Below, one piece after another: positions 50,732-60,408 of a stretch of 64,000 bases of DNA. Origin of the DNA: Candidatus Marinacidobacterales bacterium (lineage in GTDB: Bacteria > Acidobacteriota > Vicinamibacteria > Marinacidobacterales > SMYC01); assembly GCA_965237955.1 (NCBI GenBank), contig OZ250169.1, positions 2,208,001 through 2,272,000 on the forward strand. The letters are read 5' to 3'. The stretch's first letter is position 1. Each line of letters opens with the position of its first letter. Under the pieces are notes generated by a model. It was not told the origin of the DNA. It ran no database searches and worked only from the letters and a program-made list of their open reading frames with translations. The position numbers and the translations under genes are program-made.

Positions 50732-52551
50732 ATGATGAAGCCGAGACTCTTTGCGCGAGGATGGTTCCTTGGATTGGCCTCGCTGTTGTGGACGGTGACC
50801 AGCACTGAGGCGGCCGCGGCGCTACGACATCCTCTCGATGCGCTCGAGGCCGTCGAATACGAGGCAACCCTCCACATACTGGCGGAGTCTGGTCGCGTTG
50901 GCGAAAAGACTCTTTATCAGCTCATCACGCTCCGTGAGCCGTCGAAGGATTTCGTCAAAACGTGGAAGCCCGGTGAGCCGATACCGCGCTCCGCTTTCGC
51001 CGTCATCAAGGAGGGCCCGCGGACGTTCGAAGCCGTCGTCGATCTCGATGCCAAAAAGCTCAGCGACTGGCGCGAGGTGGAAGGCGTGCAGCCCGGCATT
51101 CTGTTAGACGAGTGGTCTCTGGCGGGGGAGTTGACGGTGAGCGATCCGCGCTGGCAAAAAGCGATGCACAAACGCGGCGTTACGGATTTCGAGCAAGTGT
51201 TTTGCCTGCCGCTCTCCGCGGGTTATTACAACATCCAGGACGAAGAAGGCCGGCGCCTCGTGAAAGTTCCTTGTAACGATCTACGCGGCTCCAAGACCAA
51301 CATCATGGGAAAGCCGATCGGGGGCGTTTTCGCCATCGTCGACCTCAACGCGCGCGAAGTCGTCGACGTCATCGACACCGGTGAGATTCCAATTCCGGAC
51401 GACTCCGCAAACTACGATCGGGATTCGCTCAGGCGAGTTGAAAGAGCCGCTCAAGCCGGTTCAGCACTCGTCGCCTCGAGGCAACAACTTCACCGTCGAT
51501 GGCATGTCCTGGTCGTTTCATTTCCGCATGGACAAGCGAGCCGGTCTCGTGGTCTCGCTCGCCGGCTACGAAGACGACGGAACGACCCGGCCGGTGATGT
51601 ATCAGGGCTACTTGTCCGAGATCTTCGTGCCCTACATGGACCCAGTCGTGGATATGTACTGGCGGACGTTCATGGACGTCGGCGAGTACGGACTCGGGTT
51701 GCTGGCGACGTCGCTCACGAAACAAAGCGATTGCGCGGCGAATGCCGTCTATTTTCCGGCGGTGCTGCAGATGCTTGGCGACGGCAAACCGGTGACGCTC
51801 GACGACGCGATTTGCCTGTTCGAGCGCAACGACGGCAACCCGTCGTGGCGTCACGCCGAGTGGATCAACGAGACGCACGAGAGCCGGCCGAAAGTCGATC
51901 TCGTGCTGCGCATGGCTTCGACGATCGGCAACTACGACTACTTTCTCGATTGGGTGTTCACCCAGGCGGGCGAGATCCGCGTCGCAGTGGGAGCGACCGG
52001 CATCGACCTGGTGAAAGCGGTCGCCTCGAAAACGATGTCTGACGCGACCGCCGCCGCGGACACGCGCTACGGCACCCTGGTCGCGCCGAACGTCGTCGCG
52101 CCCTACCACGATCACTTCTTCAACTTTCGTCTCGACCTGGATGTCGATGGTCCCGCGAACAGCTTCGTCAAGGACGCGGTGGTGCCGAAGGAGCTCGACG
52201 CGGATCATCCGCGGAAGAGTATTTGGGTCATCGACTCGCAAACCGTAAAACGAGAAAAAGCGCGGGGCATTTACCAACTACCACGTCTGGGTCACGCCCT
52301 ACGATGAAGCTCAAAAATTTGCGGGTGGCGATTACGTCAACCAGAGCAAGGGCGATGACGGGCTCGCGGTGTGGACACGTGCCGACCGTTCGGTCGAGAA
52401 CACCGATCTCGTCGTGTGGTACACGCTCGGCATGCGCCACATCACCGCGGCAGAGGACTGGCCGGTGCTGCCGACGAAATGGACCTCGTTCACTCTGAGA
52501 CCGTTCAATTTCTTCAATCGCAGCCCGGTGATCGATCTTCACTCGGAGTAG
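50732..52551 (+). pseudogene. Copper-containing primary amine oxidase (TynA-like), frameshifted near 51430 and 52260
   Basis: HPLD, SEIFVPYMDP, TPQ motif IGNYDY, HDH Cu ligands and H-x-x-x-x-EDWPV lie across three frames. Confidence 0.88.
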
Positions 52552-52562
52552 CAGAACGATCG

Positions 52563-53058
52563 ATGCGTATCCGTGAACGCTGGCTCCTAACGACGTTTCT
52601 GGTGATGACGTCGAGCAACGCGTTCACCGCGGATCAACCGAACATCGTGCTCATCGTCGCGGACGATCTCGGTTGGAACTACCCCCAGGACATCTCCTGT
52701 AACGCCAACATGCAGCAACCAGGTCATCTCTATGCGTGCAAAGCCGCGGTCATGGCGAGATGCGCAGGCGCCCAGGATCGCTTCTGGGAAATGCATGACG
52801 CCATCTTTGCTCTACCGGAGCTCAGTGTGATCGCGCTCGACGCGTTGCCGGACGATCGGGCTGTCGGCAGAGGCGTTCGCGACGTGCGTCGCAAGTGACG
52901 ACGTCATGCGAGATCTACAGGCCGACATCGATCAAGGCAAGACGTTCGGAGTGACCGGTACGCCAGCGGTCTTCATCAACGGACGCAAGTTGTCATCGTT
53001 CCGGGCGCAGACTCTTGCCGCGATCATCGATCACATCGTCTTGGACGGCGATCGATAG
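52563..53058 (+). pseudogene. Chimera of a sulfatase N-terminus and a DsbA-like C-terminus
   Basis: Signal peptide plus PNIVLIVADDLGW is fused in frame to NYP...AARCA-like/RFWEMHDAIF, then after a frameshift GVTGTPAVFING. Confidence 0.7.
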
Positions 53059-53063
53059 CCCCC

Positions 53064-53399
53064 GTGACTCAAGACGAAGAGCCCGGTTTCACCCTCCACT
53101 TCGGCTGTGTTTCCTTGGTGATCGTCGTCGTTGGGGCCACCGCCCTCGCTTGGTGGTGGCGCGGTCGTGACGCTCTCTGGATCGCGGGTCTTGTCGCGAT
53201 CATCGTGGTGGGCACTCCCATCGTGATGACGCTTCTCGAAAGCCGGTGGTTCATCGTGACCGCCGCCGATCGTGACCGCGGCGTCCCAGGTACGTGCCCA
53301 CGCTGCCGCGAGGAGCTCACCGCCGTCATCGGCAAGAAGCGCTACACGGTGCGCTGCGGAATTTGCGGGTATCGGCGCAAGGGCCCACTAGTTCTCTAG
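53064..53399 (+). CDS. Small two-TM protein with a C-terminal zinc ribbon
   Basis: Two hydrophobic helices followed by CPRC...CGICG. Confidence 0.55.
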   Translation: MTQDEEPGFTLHFGCVSLVIVVVGATALAWWWRGRDALWIAGLVAIIVVGTPIVMTLLESRWFIVTAADRDRGVPGTCPRCREELTAVIGKKRYTVRCGICGYRRKGPLVL

Positions 53400-53908
53400 T
53401 CGGGGAGCAAACAATTATCCTGAAACAGATCGGCGAAGTCTCGCTTCATGCTCACGATCTCCCACGCGCGTTCGCGCGAGCTCGAGCATGCGCTCGCTGT
53501 GATACTCGAGCTCCCGCTCGCCATCATCGTGATCCAGCAACAAGACGAGATTCGTCTCGGCGCGGGAGGTCGCCTCGAGAACGTAACGATCTCCGGTCGA
53601 GTTTCCGAATGCAAAAATCCGAGACCCTCCGGTGCGCTCGCGAATGCGAAGAACTTTCCCCTCCCCGACGCCACGAGTACCTCGAGATGCAACGGTCTTT
53701 CGGTGATGAGCGTGCCGTCCAGATCGAAAACCGCGATGCGTCTTGCAGGCGGAACGTAGCTCTCACGGGTCGGGTCGGAAACGCTATCGACAAACGCGAG
53801 GATGCGCTCCTTGACGGGCCCGTCCGAACAGGTTCGGAGCCTGGGAATTGGACGCGGCGAATCCGGTACGTTCCGGCACGCGCCGACGAACGCTGCCGTC
53901 AACATCAA
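53396..53908 (-). pseudogene. HAD-family hydrolase (acid phosphatase-like) relic
   Basis: RIAVFDLDGTL motif I is present; the middle is deleted; the tail fragments HDDGERE and WEIVSMKRDF are in different frames. Confidence 0.7.
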
Positions 53909-53980
53909 TAAAGACGCGGCGCGGCCCAGTTCGTTTCTTCAAGGCACAGCTGAGCCTTGGTGTTCGAGCTCGCTCGATAT

Positions 53981-54748
53981 CTACTGCTCGAGATACTTCG
54001 TCAATCCGCCTTCGGCGGTCTCACGGGAGAATGGCCCCTCCGCGGCATAGACATTGCCTTCATGGTCCACCGCCACACCTTCACCTGCGGCGCCGTTAGG
54101 CTCACCCGTCTCGTGCGGGGGGATGAAGGCGGTGACCTTGTCTTCGGTGGCGCTTCCGATACGGATACCTGTGCTCCAGTCGGGGTGGCGAGTCGGGTTC
54201 GATTCCGAGTCGATCGCATAGAGCGTATCGTTGTCGTCGATGAACAGCCCACTCACGCGGCCGAACTGCTCGTACGCGTCGATGAAATTACCGTCCTGGT
54301 CGAAGATCTGGATTCGATGATTTCCACGGTCGGCGACGAACAAACGTCCCTGAGAGTCGAACGCGAGCGCGTGCGGCGTGCGAAACTCGCCGGGCGCGTT
54401 GCCTATCCCTCCCCACTCCTTGATGTATTCCCCGTCTTTCGTGAACTTCACGATGCGTCCGGTCGAGCCCGGTGGGGGGTCGTCGGTTTGACCGCTATGC
54501 CCGTCCGAAACGAAAATGTCGCCGTTCGGTGCGGTGATCACGTCGCACGGCTGATTCAAGGTATCGGGACCATCGCCCGCCTCGCCCGCTTTTCCAAGCG
54601 TCATCAACACTTCACCTTCGGGGCTGAACTTGATGACCTGGTGCCCTTTGGTTCCCGCCTCGTTTCCTTGTGAATCGGTCACCCAAACGTTGCCGTCGCC
54701 ATCGACATGGATCCCGTGGGGAAGCACGAACATCCCCGCGCCAAAGCT
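53981..54748 (-). pseudogene. NHL-repeat beta-propeller (PAL-like), 5'-truncated
   Basis: PHGIHVD, FVSDGH and PHALAFD..LFVADRGNHRIQIFD repeats. The sequence begins mid-repeat with no signal peptide. Confidence 0.75.
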
Positions 54749-54754
54749 AGTGAG

Positions 54755-55853
54755 TACCGAAGGGCTACAGCAAGACCGCCGCGCCGCTCGTCGTCAAAGA
54801 TCTGGTCGTTACTGGCGTCGCCGGCGGGGAGTACGGCATCCGCGGGCTCCTCGACGCTTACCAAGCCGACACCGGCGAGCGCGCATGGCGACTGTAACCA
54901 TCTCCGGCCCGGGCGAGCGCGACCATGGGACCTGGGCCGGCGACTCGTGGAAGACGGGCGGATCGCCGACGTGGATCACCGGAGTGTACGATCCGGACCT
55001 GAACCTCGTTTATTGGGGCACCGGGAACCCCGGCCCCGACTGGAACGGCGAAGTGCGGATGGGCGACAACCTCTATTCGGACTCCGCGCTGGCCGTCAAC
55101 GCCGACAGCGGTGAGCTTCAATGGTATTTCCAGTTCACGCCATGGGACGTGCACGACTGGGACGCGATCCAAGTGCCTATCCTTGCTGATCTCGAGTTTG
55201 GCGGCGAGCCGCGCAAACTGATGCTGTGGGCCAACCGCAACGCCTTCTACTACACGCTGGATCGCGAGACCGGCGAGTTCCTGGTCGGGACACCGTTCGC
55301 GAAACAGACCTGGGCCGAGGGTCTCGATGAGAATGGACGCCCCATCCGCGCACCTGGAAAGCTCCCTACCCCTGACGGCAACATCGTGTCGCCAGCGATC
55401 GGCGGCGGCACGAACTGGTGGTCGGCCGCCTACAGCCCGAGAACCGAGCTCTACTACGTGAACGCGTACGACGGGGAGCAGGAGTTCTTCATTCGCGAAC
55501 AAGAGTACCGGGAGGGCGAGCAGTTCACCGGCGGCGGCGCCCAGAACGTGGAGCCCGCCGACAAATACAAGAGCGCGATCCGCGCCTTGGATCCGCGCAA
55601 TGGGGAGCGGCGCTGGGAGTTCGAGATCCAGTCACGCTCGACGTCCGGCCTCCTGGCGACGGCTGGCGATCTGGTCTTCGGCGGCACCGTCGATGGGTAC
55701 TTCTTCGCGCTCGACGCCGTGAACGGGAAGGAGCTGTGGCACATCGCCGTCGGCGGTCGCGTGCACACGGCGCCGATGACCTACGCCGTGAACGGCGAGC
55801 AGCTCGTCACCATCACCGCCGGCAACGTGGTGTTCACGTTCGGCCTCGACTAA
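54755..55853 (+). pseudogene. PQQ-dependent dehydrogenase (methanol/ethanol family-like), C-terminal half only
   Basis: GYSKTAAPLVVKD..GGEYGIRG, YWGTGNPGPDW, GDNLYSDS, HDWDA and APMTY motifs. The N-terminal half is missing and there is a frameshift near 54850. Confidence 0.82.
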
Positions 55854-55860
55854 CTCTAGT

Positions 55861-56850
55861 TCAGGTCGGTTGAAACGATCGCTTCAGGCGCTCCAGGCCC
55901 TCGTCAATGGTGACGGACGGTGCGTATCCCAAGTCACGTCGGGCGGCGGAGATGTCGAACCAGTGTGAAGTGGCGAGCTGATGAGCCACGAAACGGGTCA
56001 TGGGCGGCTCTTCCGTGATGGACAATACGCGGTAAACCGTCTCCATCATCCAGCCCGCCATCACGGCCAAGGGCACCGGGATCGATCGCGTGACCGGTGG
56101 CACTCCGGCCGCGGCGAGTATCTTGTTGATGAGCTCGAAGATCGGCAAGGGCTCGTCATTGGAGATGAAGTAGGGCTTGCCGGCACAGGCAGCCCCGGGG
56201 GTGAGTTTTTCTGCAGCGAGAATGTGCGCGTCGGCGGCATTGTCGATGTAGATCGAGTCCACGAGGCAAGGCCGCCGCCCGATCTTTCTCAGCTTGCCCG
56301 CCCGACCCCGGGCCACGATTCTCGGAACCAGATGGTTGTCCCCGGGCCCCCAGATGAGATGAGGCCTCAACGCAACGGTGGCGAGCTCCGGGGCGTTCGA
56401 TTCAAGCACCTTGCGTTCGGCAATGGCCTTCGTTTCGGGATAGGCGGTATCGTAGCGAGAGGCGTAAGGAACGGACTCGTCCACTCCTTCCAGGTCTCGA
56501 GCACCAAAAACCACGCTGGGCGTGCTGGTGTAGACCAACGTGCGCACGCCCTCGCGGCGGCAGGCGGTGATGACGTTTTCGGTGCCGGTCACATTCGTTG
56601 CGAAGTAGTCGGCATAAGGCCCCCAGACTCCTGCCTTGGCTCCGACGTGGAAGACCACGTCCACATCGCGAACGGCTTCGGACACGGCCTCGCTGTCGGC
56701 GAGGTCTCCCTGAACGTGCTCGACCCCGAGGGATTGGAGACCGGCGTACGTTCCCCGAGAAAAACTCCTGACCTCATCACCCCGCGCGCGGAGCTTCGTG
56801 GCGATAGCCCCTCCGAGAAAGCCTCCCCCGCCGGTGACCAGCGCCTTCAC
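55861..56850 (-). CDS. oleD: 2-alkyl-3-oxoalkanoate reductase (3-beta-HSD-like SDR)
   Basis: TGGGGFLG, YTSTPSVV, YPETK and LRPHLIWGPGD motifs; last gene of the ole operon. Confidence 0.9.
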   Translation of the reverse strand: MKALVTGGGGFLGGAIATKLRARGDEVRSFSRGTYAGLQSLGVEHVQGDLADSEAVSEAVRDVDVVFHVGAKAGVWGPYADYFATNVTGTENVITACRREGVRTLVYTSTPSVVFGARDLEGVDESVPYASRYDTAYPETKAIAERKVLESNAPELATVALRPHLIWGPGDNHLVPRIVARGRAGKLRKIGRRPCLVDSIYIDNAADAHILAAEKLTPGAACAGKPYFISNDEPLPIFELINKILAAAGVPPVTRSIPVPLAVMAGWMMETVYRVLSITEEPPMTRFVAHQLATSHWFDISAARRDLGYAPSVTIDEGLERLKRSFQPT

Positions 56851-58481
56851 CGGAGACGCTCGGTGGCCCACACGGCGAGCTTCTCGCGGAAGATCTTCGA
56901 GTTGTGGCGGATGTCCACGGGCAGGCTCTTGTGGAAGAGCAGCGTGTGGATTTTTTTCGTGTGAGGCTGGGCGGCGCCGAGCTCCAGTAGCTCCTGGCGA
57001 AGATCGTTGGGCGCCCGCGCGTCCGTCTCGAGCTCCACGACGAGCACAGGCTCGATCTCAGAGTGGACCTTGGCACCCACCAGTGCCGAACGGTAAACGT
57101 CGGGGTGCGCGTTGAACACACCCTCGCACGGAATCGTGTAGTAGGTCTCGTCACCCGTGACCACGCGATGGGACTTGCGGCCGCAGAACCACAGCCGGCC
57201 CTCGTCGTCGAAGTAACCGAGATCGCCCATGCGGTGATAGAACTCGGCAGAGTCGGCTACGGCAATCTTAGCGAGCTTGGTTGCGGCCTCACGGTTGAAA
57301 TACGATCGCGTGACCACGGGGCCCTTCACCGCGATCTCTCCCACCTCACCCGGGGGCACGCGAAGGGCTTCACTCCACGCCGCGATGGGTTCGTCGTCGA
57401 TCCGAATCACCTCGACCGTCATGCCGTTCACCGGTCGGCCGACGCAAACCCCAGCGCCTTGATCCGTCTTTTTCCGGGTCTCCGCAAGAACTTCTGCGCT
57501 GCCAATCGAGCAAACCGGCAGGGATTCGGTGGCGCCATAGGGGGTGAAGACCTGCGCTTCTCCCGACAGCATCTTGGAGAAGCGCTCGAGCACCCGGGCC
57601 GGCATCGGTGCGCCGGCGGAAATGGCGCGCCTGAGCGACGGAAGCTTCACGCCATGGGCTTCGCCATAGCGCCCGACCTTGTCGATGAGGGCGGGCGAGC
57701 CGAACATGTTGGTGACGCCGTGGCGGAGGATCGGCTCGATGATGTTCTCCGGTTTCACTTGGGCCGGACGGGTGGTATCCATGTCGGGGATGACGGCGGA
57801 CATCCCCAGGGCGGGATCGAAAAGGGCGAAGAGAGGAAAGGTGGGCATGTCCTTTTCACCAGGCTCGATGGAGTAGGTCTCGCGGATCATCTCGACCTGG
57901 GCGGAGAAATTGCCATGGGTGTAGACGGCGCCTTTGGGGACACCCGTGCTTCCCGAGGTGAATAGAATGGCCGCGGTCTCGTCCGCCGCGGTGGATACCG
58001 GAACGTAGTCGCTGTCGGCCCGTCCCCGAAGGGAGACGTCCTCGAGCGAATGCCCGCCCCAAAACCACCGGCGTCCCACCGTGACCTTGGTGCGGATCAT
58101 CCCTCTCGCCCACCCCAAGAGGATGCGTGCGGCATGGGCCTGCGGAATGCCGATGAAGGCCTCGGGCTTTGCTTCGGTCAAGCAGACGCCGAGGTTCTTG
58201 AGGCCCATCCCCGGATCCACCACCACGGGGACCGCTCCGCACCTGAACAGAGCGAAGGTGAGGGTGAAGAAATCCAGACTGGGCTTGACCATCAGGACGG
58301 TGCGGACGCCGCGGCCGATTCCCACGGACTGAAGCCCGCGGGCAAGAGCTCCGCTGGCTTCGTCGAGCTCTTTGAACGTCAGAGATTCACCAGACCAAAG
58401 TGTCGCCGCAAGGCTGTCCGGCTGGCGGCGGGCCATGGCCGGCAAGTGGGAGGCGATGTTGACGCCGGCTTCGCGACTCAT
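56847..58481 (-). CDS. oleC: Olefin beta-lactone synthetase (AMP-dependent ligase)
   Basis: FTSGSTGVPKG, TPYGATE, HRMGDLG and the C-terminal PVDIRHNSKIFREKL. Confidence 0.92.
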   Translation of the reverse strand: MSREAGVNIASHLPAMARRQPDSLAATLWSGESLTFKELDEASGALARGLQSVGIGRGVRTVLMVKPSLDFFTLTFALFRCGAVPVVVDPGMGLKNLGVCLTEAKPEAFIGIPQAHAARILLGWARGMIRTKVTVGRRWFWGGHSLEDVSLRGRADSDYVPVSTAADETAAILFTSGSTGVPKGAVYTHGNFSAQVEMIRETYSIEPGEKDMPTFPLFALFDPALGMSAVIPDMDTTRPAQVKPENIIEPILRHGVTNMFGSPALIDKVGRYGEAHGVKLPSLRRAISAGAPMPARVLERFSKMLSGEAQVFTPYGATESLPVCSIGSAEVLAETRKKTDQGAGVCVGRPVNGMTVEVIRIDDEPIAAWSEALRVPPGEVGEIAVKGPVVTRSYFNREAATKLAKIAVADSAEFYHRMGDLGYFDDEGRLWFCGRKSHRVVTGDETYYTIPCEGVFNAHPDVYRSALVGAKVHSEIEPVLVVELETDARAPNDLRQELLELGAAQPHTKKIHTLLFHKSLPVDIRHNSKIFREKLAVWATERLR

Positions 58482-59359
58482 GCCCGTTCGGCCTTCAGAA
58501 AGTCCCCGATAAGAGCAAGGGATTCGTCCCGGGCATCCTCGAGAACCAAGTGCCCGGCCTCGGGGAAAACTTCAACGTGGGCGGCGTCGAACCGGCGGGT
58601 CCATTCCGAGAGCACCTGATCGTCGAAGATAAAGTCCTTCTTTCCCCACAAGATGAGCATGGGCTTTTCACGAAGGGAGCTCAACGCATCGGAAACACCA
58701 GCCAGACACTCGAAGCTGGGATCCTCCCGATCAAGTGGAATGTCCTGAACGAACCGCAAAACGGCAATTCTATTCTTGTAAGAATCGTAGGGGGCAAGAT
58801 ACCCGGCTCTCTCCGAGCCGCTGAGACGGCGCTTCTTGCAACCGGTGATCAACCAGCCCCTGACAAAGCCGTTGAGACCTCGGACGAACAACGCGCCAAC
58901 TCGGGTGCTCCGGCAAAACCAGAGGGACCAAGGCAACACCTTGGTTCCGGGGATGGGAAAGGCCGCCGTGTTCATGACCACGAAGCGTGAGACCCGTTCT
59001 GGATGACGCGCGGCATAGCCCATTGCGATCACACCACCCCAGTCATGCATCACCAGTGTGATGTTCTGCGTGATGTCCAGGTCGTCGAGCCAGGCCTCCA
59101 CGTCGTCGATGCGGCGCTCGAGTCGGTATTCATAGCGCGCGTCATCGGGCTTGTCCGAGAGGCCGCAGCCAATGTGATCCGGTGCCAGGATGCGGTGGGA
59201 CCCGCTCAGATCCTTGATGAGCTCACGGTAGTAGAAGGACCAGCCGGGATTGCCGTGAAGACAAACCACGGGATCACCGGCGCCCTCGTCCACGTAGTGA
59301 AGCTTCAGACCGCCGCGATCATAGTAGCGACTCGTGAAGGGGTAGAGGCTTGCTACCAC
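58478..59359 (-). CDS. oleB: Beta-lactone decarboxylase (haloalkane-dehalogenase-like alpha/beta hydrolase)
   Basis: HGNP-x-WSFYYR, DHIGCGLSDKP, HDWGG and AGHLVLED motifs. Confidence 0.9.
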   Translation of the reverse strand: MVASLYPFTSRYYDRGGLKLHYVDEGAGDPVVCLHGNPGWSFYYRELIKDLSGSHRILAPDHIGCGLSDKPDDARYEYRLERRIDDVEAWLDDLDITQNITLVMHDWGGVIAMGYAARHPERVSRFVVMNTAAFPIPGTKVLPWSLWFCRSTRVGALFVRGLNGFVRGWLITGCKKRRLSGSERAGYLAPYDSYKNRIAVLRFVQDIPLDREDPSFECLAGVSDALSSLREKPMLILWGKKDFIFDDQVLSEWTRRFDAAHVEVFPEAGHLVLEDARDESLALIGDFLKAERA

Positions 59360-60408
59360 TCGAGCCCGAGCATCAGGCAATTCAGACCACTCCCTATTCC
59401 CAAGAAGGCAACCTCGTTGCCGGATGCCAGGACGTCGCGCTCAGCGGCGAGCGCCGCGGTGATGGGCAACGACACCGTTCCCATGTTTCCCAGGTAGGCA
59501 AAGGTCGTGAAGTCTTTGTCCTCCGGTATTTGAAACGCTTGCAGGATGAACGCCTGGTGGGTCGATCCCACTTGATGGCAGATGGTCTTGTCGACATCCG
59601 CTTCGCTCCAGCCCATCTCACCCAAGAAGGCCTTCCACGTTTCGAGGCCCAGGGCCACGCCGTGTTCCAGAACGGCCACCGAGTCCGTGGACATGAGCTG
59701 GCCGTAGGTGGCCTGTCCGTCCTCTCGTCCTGTCTCCTCCATCCCCCACCGGCAGAGCCCGTAGTGCTCAGGCGCGGTGCGGGTCACCCCTCCCAGGAGC
59801 CGGTGGGTCGACGCGGAGCCGAAGGAGCCATCGGTCAGGAGCACTGCCGCGGCCCCGGAGCCGCCGGTGAGGGTGGCCACGGACATCTTGAAGAGCTCCA
59901 TGTCGGGCTTTTCGATCAACCGGTCGATCATGATGTTCACGATCTCCCGGGCGCTCTCGCAAGAGACCACGAGGCCGGCGCGGATCTGGCCGAGCTCGAT
60001 ACGGTTGGCGATGTCGAGCATCCCGTTCAGCACGCCGAGGCACGCATTGGAGAGGTCGTAGACGGCGGCGGCGGGGCTGACGCCGACACCATGAGCCACC
60101 CGGCAGGCGGTGGCCGGCTCGAAGCTTTCCCGGCACACGCCGGCATAAATGAGGACGTCGATATCTCCCGGCTTAACCGCCGACGAGTCCAGGGCGGCAC
60201 GGGCAGCGGTGATGGCAGACCGGGACAGAGGTGTGTCAGGGGCCCACCAGCGGCGTTCGGAGATGCCGGTCAGGGTTTCCAACTGCCCGGGTTGAAAATG
60301 GAGCGCCCGGTAGACCGGCGCCAGACGAGCCTCGAGCTCGGCGGAGGTGACTACGGTCGGCGGTAGCTCGTATCCGATGGTCTCCACAAAGACCTTCGTG
60401 TACTTCAA
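59353..60408 (-). CDS. oleA: Acyl-CoA condensing enzyme (thiolase/KAS III fold)
   Basis: EPATA (Glu base), NACLG (Cys), HQVG, GNMG and GIGSGLN motifs. Confidence 0.92.
   Translation of the reverse strand: MKYTKVFVETIGYELPPTVVTSAELEARLAPVYRALHFQPGQLETLTGISERRWWAPDTPLSRSAITAARAALDSSAVKPGDIDVLIYAGVCRESFEPATACRVAHGVGVSPAAAVYDLSNACLGVLNGMLDIANRIELGQIRAGLVVSCESAREIVNIMIDRLIEKPDMELFKMSVATLTGGSGAAAVLLTDGSFGSASTHRLLGGVTRTAPEHYGLCRWGMEETGREDGQATYGQLMSTDSVAVLEHGVALGLETWKAFLGEMGWSEADVDKTICHQVGSTHQAFILQAFQIPEDKDFTTFAYLGNMGTVSLPITAALAAERDVLASGNEVAFLGIGSGLNCLMLGLEW

Noticed and set aside
58478-59359. Haloalkane dehalogenase linked to the rdhA relic
   Set aside because: Its position between oleA and oleC identifies it as OleB.
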